Assembly (NCBI GenBank): GCA_038087875.1
Contig: CM075993.1
Span: forward strand, 5,830,001 to 5,894,000
Source of the DNA: Malacoraja senta
Taxonomy: Eukaryota
Reading direction: 5' to 3'
DNA: 64,000 nt
The notes beneath the pieces were generated by a model. It saw only the letters and a list, made by a program, of their open reading frames with translations, was not told the origin of the DNA and did no database searches. This document shows positions 53,866-64,000 of the stretch, in pieces. Both the position numbers and the translations under genes were made by a program. Each line of letters starts with the position of its first letter. Position 1 is the first letter of the stretch.

Positions 53866-55021
53866 TAGAAACATAGAAACATAGAAAATAGGTGCAGGAG
53901 TAGGCCGTTCGGCCCTTCGAGCCTGCACCGCCATTCAATATGATCATGGCTGATCATCCAACTCAGTATCCTGTACCTGCCTTCTCTCCATACCCCCTGA
54001 TCCCTTTAGCCACAAGGGCCACATCTAACTCCCTCTTAAATATAGTCAATGAACTGGCCTCAACTACCTTCTGTGGCAGAGAGTTCCAGAGATTCACCAC
54101 TCTCTGTGTGAAAAATGTTTTTCTCATCTCGGTCCTAAAGGATTTCCCCTTAATCCTTAAACTGTGACCCCTTGTCCTGGACTTCCCCAACATCGGGAAC
54201 AATCTTCCTGCATCTAGCCTGTCCAACCCCTTAAGAATTTTGTACGTTTCTATAAGATCCCCCCTCAATCTTCTAAATTCTAGCGAGTACAAGCCGAGTC
54301 TATCCAGTCTTTCTTCATATGAAAGTCCTGACATCCCAGGAATCAATCTGGTGAACCTTCTCTGTACTCCCTCTATGGCAAGAATGTCTTTCCTCAGATT
54401 TGGAGACCAAAACTGTACGCAATACTCCAGGTGTGGTCTCACCAAGACCCTGTACAACTGCAGTAGAACCTCCGTGCTCCTACACTCAAATCCTTTTGCT
54501 ATGAATGCTAACATACCATTCGCTTTCTTCACTGCCTGCTGCACCTGCATGCCTACTTTCAATGACTGGTGTACCATGACACCCAGGTCTCGTTGCATCT
54601 CCCCATTTTCTAATCGGCCACCATTTAGATAATAGTCTACTTTCCTGTTTTTGCCACCAAAGTGGATAACCTCACATTTATCCTCATTATACTGCATCTG
54701 CCATGCATTTGCCCACTCACCCAGCCTATCCAAGTCACCTTGCAGCCTCCTAGCATCCTCCTCACAGCTAACACTGCCCCCCAGCTTCGTGTCATCCGCA
54801 AACTTGGAGATGTTGCATTCAATTCCCTCATCCAAATCATTAATATATATTGTAAATAGCTGGGGTCCCAGCACTGAGCCTTGCGGTACCCCACTAGTCA
54901 CAGCCTGCCATACTGAAAAGGACCCGTTTACTCCTACTCTTTGCTTCCTGTTTGCCAGTCAGTTCTCTATCCACATCAACATAAGATTCGTCAGACATGA
55001 TTCACCTTTCGTAATCCATCC
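53866..55021 (-). mobile_element. CR1 LINE 3' fragment with open RT C-terminus
   Basis: ORF 53963..54901 with FADD; (ttctatgt)n tail; ends ~75 bp upstream of CK exon 6. Confidence 0.93.
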
Positions 55022-55098
55022 ATGCTTATGGGTGTGGTTACAGCTAAAGCGAGGCTTCTGTTTACTGTGAATGTTGCCCGGCTCCCTCTCACTCACAG

Positions 55099-55222
55099 GC
55101 ACAACTACGACAAGATGTTGCACATCTGGGTCAACGAGGAGGATCACACTCGAGTCATCTCCATGGAGAAGGGGGGCAACATGAAGAGGGTGGTTGAGAC
55201 GTTCTGCCAAGGTCTCAAAGAG
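55099..55222 (+). CDS. CKMT1: CKMT1-like exon 6 ([41 protein letters not shown])
   Basis: Catalytic NEEDH motif; cacag acceptor; donor is GC (GAG|gcgagt). Confidence 0.93.
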
Positions 55223-57423
55223 GCGAGTGAGATTCTGTGTAACAACCAGAGCACAGGAACGGGCCTGGTGCAGTGGTGGAGGCCATTGGGCCCATCATGG
55301 ATGTGCTGGCTCTGTGGAGGAGTCGTCCATTCAGTCCTATCCCCCAAGCTCTTGCCCCAGAGCCTGGAAACACTTTTGCATCTTTACTTAGTGTTCTTCT
55401 TCTCTGCTCTGTTCCAATAGAGTTTCCCTATCACCAACCAACCCAACCTCCATCACCATTGCCCCAGCACTATCCATAGTTGAGGTCAGTGTTGATCAGT
55501 GTTCAAGAGCCTGATGGTTGTTTTGAAGAAGCACAGTTTCCAGCTCTTGTCCTTTCTTCCTGATGGTAGGAGTGAAATGAGTGTGTGGTCAATGTGGTGT
55601 AGGTCTTTGATGATGCTGGCTGTCATTTTTCTTAGTTTGGAGATTCAGCGCGGAAACAGGCCCTTCGGCCCAATCAGGTCCACGCCGACCAGCGATCCCC
55701 GCACATTAACACTATCCTACACACGCTAGGGACAATTTTTACATTTACCAAGCCAATATACCTACTTACCTGCACGTCTTTGGAGTGTGGGAGGAAACCG
55801 AAGATCTCGGAGAAAACCCACGCAGGTCACGGGGAGAACGTACAAACTCCGTACAGACGTTTTTCTTTTTCCCCTTCCCCCCTATCCGCCTTCCCCAGGC
55901 TTCACATGTTATGCCTCTCTCATCCTAATCTTACACTTTTTGTCTTTTCATCACTGGCCTCTGTCCACCCATCAGACAATTAAACTCCCCTCACCTGGAT
56001 CCACTTCACTTGCTGGGCTTTGCCCCGCTCCCAATTCTCTTCCAACTTTCTCCCCCCCCTGCTACATGCAGTCTGAAGAAGGGTCCCAACCTGAAACATC
56101 ACCTATCCATGTTCTCCACAGATTCTGCCTGACCTGCTGCGTTCCTCCAGCAGAAGGGTCTCGACCCAAAACGTCACCCATTCCTTGGCTCCATAGATGC
56201 TGCCTCACCCGCTGAGTTTCTCCAGCATTTTTGTCTACCTTCGATTGTTTCAGCATCTGCAGTTCCTTCTTAAACATTGTGGCTTTATGTGATGCTTTTC
56301 TCTTTTCAACCAAATTGACAACCTCTTGGTGGAGGAAGGAACTGCAGATGCTGGTTTAAACCGAAGACAGACACTAAAAGCTGGAGTAACTCAGCGGGAC
56401 AGGCAGCATCTCTGGAGAGAAGGAATTGGTGACGTTTCGGGTCAAGACCCTTCTTCAGACCTCTTTGGTGATCCAAAGTTCACTTACCTTGTCTCTCCTC
56501 CTTACTGCAGCAGACCAGCCCTGAATGCCGATCAGCTAATCTTTAAATACTCTCACATGTCATAATAAGGACTTACCCAATAACAGCTGTTCCCAATTTA
56601 CCTCCGAGCTCCTGTAATAATGTAGTAATCTGCATTGCCTTATGGTACTAACTCCCCCCATCTCAATACAGACAGAACTAGTTTCCCAGTGATCAGTAAC
56701 TTACGTAACTCTGGTTCATTGTGTCTTATTTATGAACCAGCACCTGTACGAGTAAAAAGGAATTTTTTTCATCACGAGTATTTTTTTACTCGTGGACATT
56801 TTTCACAGTGTTGAAAAAACATCACGAGTTTACCGGATTTCCCGAGTACCCTGTGCTCTGGTTTCATCCCACTCTCCAAAGACGTGCAGATTTGAAGGTT
56901 AAGGGGCTTTGGTAAGTTGTCAAATTGCCCCGAGTGTGAGTAGGTTGGTGTACTGGGTGATCGCTGGTTGGCACAGTCTCGGCGGGCCGAAGGGCCTGTT
57001 TCCACACTATATCTCTAAAATCTATAATCTAAAGTCTGAAACACAGTCTCCCCCCCAGTAGAACCTCTGTATCTGATCCGCACTCCCCCTGCCCTGGGAG
57101 TGTGTGATGGGACACGTGAGATGGAGATTTACTCCGAATTTAGTATCGTTTTGTTTAGTTTAGAATACAGGCACTTCAGTCCAACGAGTCCACGCCGACC
57201 ATCGATCACCCGTACACTAGCTCTATCCTATACACTAGGGACAATTTATAGAAGCCAATTAACCTACAAACTGGTACGTCTTTGGGATGTGGGAGGAAAC
57301 TGGAGCACCCAGACAACCCAGGCGGTCACAGGGAGAATGTACAAACTCCGTACAGACAGGATTGAACAAGTCTCTGGTTGTGTAAGGCAGAAACTCTACT
57401 GCTGCACAACCGTGTAGCCCTTA

Positions 57424-57636
57424 TGGGCCTGTCCCACTTACGCAACTTTTCCGGCGACTGCCGGCACCCGTCATAGGTCGTTGCAGGCCGCCGAAAATTT
57501 TCAACATGTTGAAAATCCAGCGGTGACCAGAACAAGGTATGACTCTTTGGTCACGACATGTCGCCAGGGTGTCGCCTGTACGGTCGTGAGTCGTCTCCTC
57601 AGTCGCCGAAAAAGTTGCGTAAGTGGGACAGGCCCA
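57424..57636. mobile_element. Harbinger-type MITE
   Basis: TIR TGGGCCTGTCCCACTTACGCAAC, TTA TSD. Confidence 0.88.
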
Positions 57637-58197
57637 TTAATCTAAAATCTTATTTTAAACTATCGGAGTCCAGTTCTGCACAAGGACAGGGACACAAATG
57701 CTGGATATTTGGAAACAGGATAACCACATATTCCTGGTCTGGGAGTGTGTGCTGGGGAGGGGGGGGGGGGGGGCAAGATGAAGGGAGCTTTACTCTGCAT
57801 CTCACCCTTGTGGTCTCTACCCTGGGAGTGTGTGACGGGGCAGAGCAGAGCTAGTCTGCATCTCACCCTTGCACACTCTGGGAGTGAGTGCAGGATATTA
57901 AGTGAATCAGCAGATACTGCAGGGAAATGGAGCTGAGATGGAAGATAGGTCAGTGCAGCACAGGAACAGGGCTATAATTGCTGAGCCAAACATAATGCCT
58001 AATTAAACTAATCTCCTCTGTCTGTACATAATCCACGTCCGTCCTTTCCCTGCCTACCAAATAGCCTCTTAAATATCACTATTGTCTCTGCCTCCACAAC
58101 CATCCCAGGCAACACGTTCCAAGCACCCACCACCCTCTGTGTAAAAAAGACTTGCCCCAGCACATCTATTTTAAACTTGTCTTTCACACCTTAGGCA

Positions 58198-59075
58198 TTA
58201 GACAATAGACAATAGACAATAGGTGCAGGAGTAGGTCATTCGGCCCTTCGAGCCAGCACCGCCATTCAATGTGATCATGGCTGATCACCCACACTCACGA
58301 CCCCGTTCCTGCCTTCTCCCCATATCCCCTGACTCCGCTATCTTTAAGAGCTCTATCCAACTCTCTCTTGAAAGCGAACAGAGAATTGGCCTCCACCACC
58401 CTCTGAGGCAGAGAATTCCACAGATTCACAAACCTCTGTGTGAAAAAGTTTTTCCTCATCTCTGTTCTAAATGGTTTACCTCTTATTCTTAATCTGTGGC
58501 CCCTGGTTCTGGACTCCCCCAACATCGGGAACATGTTTCCTGCCTCTAGCGTGTCCAAACCCTTAATAATCTTATATGTTTCAATAACATTCCCTCTCAT
58601 CATTCTAAATTCTAGCAAGCCCAGCTGCTCCATTCTATCAACATATGACAGTCCCGCCATTCTGGGGATGAACCTCGTGAACCTACGCTGCACTCCCTCA
58701 ACAGCAAGAATGTCCTTCCTCAAATTTGGAGACCTAAACTACACACAATACTCCAGGTGTGGTCTCACTAGGGCCCTGTACAACTGCTGAAGGACCCTTT
58801 TGCTCCTATACTCAACTCCTCTTGTTATGAAGGCCAACATGCCATTCGCTTTCTTCACTGCCTGCTGTACCTGCATGCTTACTTTCAGTGACTGATGAAC
58901 AAGGACCCCCAGATCTCGTTGTACTTTCATTTCGCTTCTCAACTTCCGATGTTGCAGAGGAAACAATCTGAGTTTGTCCAACCTTTACTCACAGCTGATA
59001 CCCTCTGATCCAGGCAGTATACTGCACCCTCTGCAAAGCCTCCACATCCATCCTGATGATCACCAAGCACCTGTG
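58198..59075 (-). mobile_element. CR1 3' fragment abutting a second CR1-type fragment at ~58926
   Basis: ORFs 58295..58723 and 58739..58981; (tctattg)n tail. Confidence 0.85.
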
Positions 59076-59165
59076 AACAGTGGAAGAGATCAGACTTAAG
59101 AGATACACAGATACAGCGCAGAAACATGGCCTTTCGGCCTAGCGAGGCCACGCCAACCAATGATC

Positions 59166-59497
59166 ATCATCGGCGGTCACTCGAAATGAGTATGACTGTC
59201 CACTACTCTCAATAGGGGTCGTCTACTTGTGGGTCTGCAGATGTCTGTAGAGGCCGATCCGCGATCCACATACCTTGGTGCAACATGGACAATAGAGACT
59301 GGTGGTGGTTGGTAGTCGTCGAGCCCCCTTCTCTCTCTCTCCTTACGGTGCTGTCGCTTTGTCTCTGCGACACGGCCTAGTTCTGTTTCGTGACGTGCAG
59401 CTCCTTCCTGCACGGATTTCCTCCAGGAGCGCCTGCCCAGTGCAATGTGCTCCCAGTTGCTCGATGTGATGTGGAATTTCTTCAGACAGTTCTTGAT
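59166..59497 (-). mobile_element. RTE/BovB-like 3' fragment inserted in a SINE
   Basis: KNCLKKFHI..WEHIAL.RRSWRKSV.EG and a zinc-knuckle-like end; SINE halves on both sides (59095-59165, 59498-59740). Confidence 0.75.
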
Positions 59498-59951
59498 GAT
59501 CACCCCATACACTAGCACTATCCCACACACCAGCAACAACTCACAATGTATTTTAACCAACACCAATTAACCTACAAACCTGTACATCTTTGGAGCGTGG
59601 GAAGAAACCGGAGCAGCCGGAGAAAACCCACGCAGTCACAGGGAGAGCGTACAAACTCCGTGCAGACAGCACCCATAGTCAGGATCTAACCTGGGTCTCT
59701 GGCGCTGTAAGGCAGCAACTCTACCGCTGCGTCACCGTGATACTGTGAAGCAGCAAGGGGGTTTTGAGGGGCGGAATGGTCTCCACCCCCCTCTCTTCCT
59801 CGTGTTTCTCTTTCCCAGTACAATGGGCATTTCCAGCCCGAGCCTTCGCCTTGTGTGCTAGGGGTGGGGACCACGCACTCACTGTGGTGGGACAGGCGGC
59901 CTGGCTGGCGTATGGAGGCACCGGTCGACTCACTGAGTTCCCAAGTTTCAG

Positions 59952-60077
59952 GATCCTCGCTTCCCCGAGATCCTGGAGAACCTGCGGCTCGAGAAACGCG
60001 GGCCGAGGGGAGAGAACACGGCAGACATCGACGGTGTGGTCGACATCTCCAACCTCGACCAGCTGGGCACGTCCGAG
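59952..60077 (+). CDS. CKMT1: CKMT1-like exon 8 ([42 protein letters not shown])
   Basis: Manual translation, not shown in the ORF track in this frame; tttcag acceptor, gtaggt donor, 126 nt. Confidence 0.92.
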
Positions 60078-60254
60078 GTAGGTCAACGGTCGCGTCCCTA
60101 CACGTCCAACACCATACACACACCAGAGCCCGAGGGAAGGCAAGGCGGGTGTGGAGGAATGATGGGAGCATGAGGAGGCAGAGGGAGGTGACGGAAGGAG
60201 TGAGGAAGCTGGGGGAAGAGGGAGCTGGAGAAAGGAGAGTGGAGGGGAGATGAG

Positions 60255-60838
60255 GGAGGCGTGGGTTCGAATCCCACTTCTGATACCATGTAATGAGTCG
60301 ACTCGAACGCACATCAAGATACAACACGAGTTTATTAAATCTACATATAGCATGGATCTGCAGACATCACATCTCCGAGCTGCTACTCATTCTAACTAGC
60401 GTAGGCAAGCTCTTGACAATATGAAGCAAAGATCCTATAGTGGAGCAAGATAGACCACTCCTTCTAAATGCAATGGGCTGAAATGAAACGGAACAGAACG
60501 TGGGCCTTTTTTTTCATCCATTTCAGTAACCCGACCCGACCCAACTCGCAGTGTAATCAACGTTGCGGGGGAACAGTTTGTGTTAATAAATTAAAATTCT
60601 GAAAATGAGAAGATTTTTACCAAAGAACTTTTATTTTTACGAGGATGTTTCCGTAACCGGCTTCCGTCTCCGCACTAGTATCTTTGCTCCGCGATGGGAT
60701 CTTTGGTGCGGAGACAGAAGCCAGTTACGGAAATGGGGCCGAATATTACCCATCAATCTGCCCATGACCGTACTATGTCTTTTTCGTCGAGTGGACTATC
60801 TTGCTCGCTGTAGGATCTTTGATATGAAGCACATAACA
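60255..60838 (-). mobile_element. Short solo-like LTR (60289-60838, MITE-interrupted) followed by extended tRNA-Leu primer-binding sequence
   Basis: Minus strand TGTTATG...AATAAA...CATTACA|TGGTATCAGAAGTGGGATTCGAACCCACGCCTCC. Confidence 0.7.
60427..60821. mobile_element. MITE with 8 bp TSD (P- or hAT-like)
   Basis: TIR CAAAGATCCTAyAG..GAGCAAGATAGwCCACTC; TSD ATATGAAG at 60419-60426 and 60822-60829. Confidence 0.88.
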
Positions 60839-60884
60839 GGTGGGGTCACTATTAACAAACAATATAATTGGCTAGCCAAACTAC

Positions 60885-61815
60885 AGAGAGGATGGGGAGA
60901 CAGGAGAGAAGAGGGGAGGGAGAGTGCAAGGGGGTAGAGAAGGGAGGGGAAGGAGTCGGAGGGAGATGATAGAAGGCAGCTGGCGGTGGTGAGAAGTGGA
61001 GGGAGAAGAGACAGGAGGAAGGGGAACACGAAGGAGAGGAGGGCAGGGAAGTGACATGGAGGAGGGATGGAGGAGGATGGGAACATGTAGGCGTAGTCTG
61101 AAACAGGACTGAGAAAGGAAGGAGGAGCGGCAGAGGGAGAGAGCAGGAGGAAGAGGAGGTTGGAAGGGAGAGAATAAGTTGTGGGAGGAGATGTGGGATG
61201 GGAGGAGGAGGAATCCTTGGGTATTAGTGTGGGGGTGGGGGAGAGGGTGGAAGTGAAGGCGCCCAGACTGACGGGGAGGAGAAGACAGAGAGGATGAGAA
61301 GTGGAATGTGGAGGGAACGGACGGGGTGGGACTTTGGGTAGGTGTAGGGGCGGGAGGGGGGTGGAGGAGAGAGAGGAGGTGGTGGGATGTGGGCGTGGGA
61401 GGGGTGAGGGGATTGGATATAGGTGGGGAGGGAGGTGGGGAGCAAGTGGGATGGGATTGAGTAGGGGTGGGGGGAGGGAGGGGATGGGGTGGGGAGGGAG
61501 GGTGCGGGTGGGGAGGGAGGGTGCGGGTGGGATGGGGCATTGGGTAGGGGGTGGGGGGGAGGAGGTAGTGAAGGGTGGGCGAGGGAGAGGGTTGTGTAGG
61601 GGGTGGGGGAGAGGATTGGGTGGGGTGGTGAGCAGAGGGAGGGGTGGGATGGGGCATTGGGTAGGGTGTGGGGAGGGAGGGGGTTGGGTGGGGTGGGCGA
61701 GGGGGTTAGGTGGTAGTGGTGTGGGGTGGGGGAGGTGGTTGGGTGGGGGTGGGGTGTGGAGGGAGGGGTGGGTGGGACATTTGGTGGGGGATGGTGACGG
61801 TGATGGGGGGGGGGG
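60885..61815 (+). repeat. G/purine-rich low-complexity tract in the last CK intron
   Basis: Dense G-runs with very few C over ~900 bp. Confidence 0.9.
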
Positions 61816-61892
61816 TCAGTCTCCCACTGACCGCTGTGTTCTCCGGGGGGTGCCGCGGGTTCTGACGGCAGGAGGTTTGCTGCCCCCTGCAG

Positions 61893-62009
61893 GTGGAGCT
61901 GGTCCAGGTGGTGGTGGATGGGGTGAACTACCTGACTGAGTGCGAGAAGAGACTGCAGAGGGGACAGGACATCAAGGTCCCTTCACCGCTGGCCCCTGGC
62001 AGATGCTGA
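61893..62009 (+). CDS. CKMT1: CKMT1-like last exon ([38 protein letters not shown])
   Basis: Mitochondrial CK C-terminus; ctgcag acceptor; TGA at 62007-62009. Confidence 0.93.
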   Translation: MELVQVVVDGVNYLTECEKRLQRGQDIKVPSPLAPGRC

Positions 62010-62101
62010 GCTCCCTCGTCCGACTCCATCCGTGTGCTTAACATGTCGTTAACGTGTTACCGTGGCTTCCAGCTCTCTGAATGTTTCCCCGCAGCAGATC
62101 A

Positions 62102-62107
62102 AATAAA
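62102..62107 (+). terminator. AATAAA polyadenylation signal of the CKMT1-like gene
   Basis: Canonical hexamer ~90 nt after the stop, followed by a GT-rich stretch near 62135-62155. Confidence 0.7.
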
Positions 62108-62708
62108 CTCCCCGTGATCCATCCACCGTAACATGGCTGTTTGTGGTCAGTTTATTGCTCACCTGACCGGCTCACCCGGTGACCACAACTGTGGACCAGT
62201 GACCATGGAGGAGGGGGGGGGGGGTCAGACCCCTGTCCCATCACTAACTGGGTCACCCGACCAACCCCTGACTTTCTTTTCTCTTCATAAGTTCATAAGT
62301 GCCAACACCATTGGAAAATAAGCCCATGATCATGCAAGAGGTGGGCTGTAGTATTCAGTTGCAGGGGTAGGATTGGATTCCATAGGTTCAGAAGTTCTAG
62401 GAGCAGAATTAGGCCATTCGGCCCATCTGGTCTCCTCCACCATTCAATCATGGCTGATCTATCTCCCCCCCTCAACCCCATTCTCCTGCTTTCTCCCCAC
62501 CACCCCTGACACCTGTAATAATCCATTAACAAGGAGTTATTATTGCACAATCACAGTGACAAAGTACAACGTGGATCAAAACTGACCTGATCTTTCTCAA
62601 TAGCACTGTATCACAGGTACACCTGACAATAAAAAGCCAGTACCAATATACGCTGAGTAGCTTTATTCCACATTCACTACATTTGCAGTATTTTGGTTTT
62701 AAGAATCA

Positions 62709-62960
62709 CTAGACCAAGAGGGACCCGTTGGGTCCTGTCCCCTCAACGTGCGGTTGTGGGGGGAGGGGGCACCTTCTTCAAGTTCTGAATGGGGAGATGT
62801 GTGAATGCGTGACCTACACGTCTCAGGTTGAGCTTATAATCAGTTACACAGTTAGGGCGTGTCTCCACTCACTCTCCAAAGAAAGTGACTCATATACCGC
62901 GCCCAGGTAACTAGGTGACTGTTTACACACTGATGTTACAAAACCCGTGAAACAGAAGTG
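62709..62960 (-). mobile_element. Helitron-type 3' end fragment (extent uncertain)
   Basis: ACTAGACCAAGAGGGACCCGTTGGGTCC, same terminus as 12992. Confidence 0.55.
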
Positions 62961-64000
62961 AGACTTATGTCAGACACAGGGAACTGAAAATGGGAGAGAA
63001 AGTGCCGAGAAACTCCGGCAAATACAATTAGGAGTTTGAATGTGGATCACGGAAATGTCTGAGACCTTACACTTGGAAAAAATTAGACTTGTCTTCATTG
63101 ACAAATCAGAACTATTTGCTAGAATATGGTCTCCATTTATTGATTCTCTAAAGGGGTAAACTGGTTCAACAAGGAAGCTGGACTGAAACTTACACTCTAT
63201 CATCTACAGACCTATCTCCAAAATTGTGTTATTGGTAATCCTCTTTATGAATTATTTGTTTCCCTCCCCTCTCTATTAGCTTATAGTTTCCTTTTTCTCT
63301 TCCCTTATTTCTTCTCTCTCGATAGCTCTATCTTTCAAAAAAAATTATATAAAATTAGAAGCTGTGTTTATATGTAACTGGTAAGCAAATCTTGTTTTGG
63401 TTATGATATGTATATGCTTCTAATAAAAATATTAAAAAAAATAAAAAATAAAGAAGCAGGAGTTTGAAGAGATTTTACGAAATAGCACTGGCAGGCAGGA
63501 TCGCGGGAAATCCAAAGACAGTTTTTGAGTATGTTATGGACAAGGGGGTAATCAAGGAAAGAGAAGGGTCAGGCACCATCTCTGGGTAGACGGAATGGGT
63601 GACTGCCATAGATGCTGCCTGTCCCACTGAATTACTCCAGCATATTGTGTCTATCTTTGGTGTAAACCAGCATCTGCAGTTCGTTCCTTCACAAAGAGAA
63701 GGGGACCATAGGACATAGAACCATGGACCATGTGCATTGACCCAAATGCCATAGGTTGAATCTTAAATAAAGACCTCCCATCTGTATTCTTTATGAGCAA
63801 GGATATGCAGTACCACTGAGCATAAGTTCATGTCATAGGAGCAGAATAAGGCCATTTGGCTCATTGAGTCCGCTATTCAATCATGGCTGATCTATCTTTC
63901 TCTTCCAACCCTATTCTCCGGCCTTCTTCCTGTATCCTTTGATGACCTTTCTACTCAAAAACATATCAATCACCCCTTTGAAAATACCCAATGGCACCGC

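Larger units (their letters stand above)
41309..62009 (+). pseudogene. CKMT1: CKMT1-like mitochondrial creatine kinase locus, partial (coding exons 4,5,6,8,9; exons 1-3 and 7 not found); pseudogene or truncated diverged paralog
   Basis: Five exons of 222, 86, 124, 126 and 117 nt with mitochondrial-CK exon boundaries. Spliced product is 224 aa with no stop or frameshift. No start/transit-peptide exon or TCPSNLGT exon visible. Confidence 0.75.

Noticed and set aside
59819..59951. Strong acceptor at 59817-59818 as a candidate replacement for CK exon 7
   Set aside because: No similarity to exon 7 in any frame, and a 133 nt extension would frameshift exon 8.
60255..60288. tRNA-Leu gene
   Set aside because: Only the 3' 34 nt with encoded CCA, attached to an LTR; primer-derived, not a gene.
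60796..61939. Pro-rich and Gly-rich ORFs (258 aa, 212 aa)
   Set aside because: Artefacts of the low-complexity G tract.

Overview
Vertebrate genomic DNA, AT-rich and repeat-dense; the repeat complement (V-SINE-like, CR1, Penelope) suggests a cartilaginous fish such as a skate or ray (inference). The left ~40 kb holds the 5' part of PPIP5K1 (inositol pyrophosphate kinase, minus strand): five coding exons with canonical splice sites and matching phases, plus a probable non-coding first exon and CpG-rich promoter at ~39.8-40.05 kb. Head-to-head on the plus strand lies a mitochondrial creatine kinase (CKMT1-like) locus, as in the human PPIP5K1-CKMT1 arrangement. Only coding exons 4, 5, 6, 8 and 9 are found, all open and in frame. 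Exons 1-3 and the catalytic-Cys exon 7 were not found. The guanidino-specificity loop reads RGPRGENT instead of the CK RGTGGVDT, resembling arginine kinase RGTRGEHT. CK intron 4 holds a multi-level nest (minisatellite > Tx1 > 10.6 kb hAT > 7.5 kb PIF/Harbinger-type > young CR1 and Penelope), resolvable by TSDs. Also present: a Tc1 transposon, Helitron-type elements, MITEs, Gypsy remnants, an LTR with an over-long tRNA-Leu copy, and many Penelope-derived repeats carrying minimal hammerhead-ribozyme motifs.
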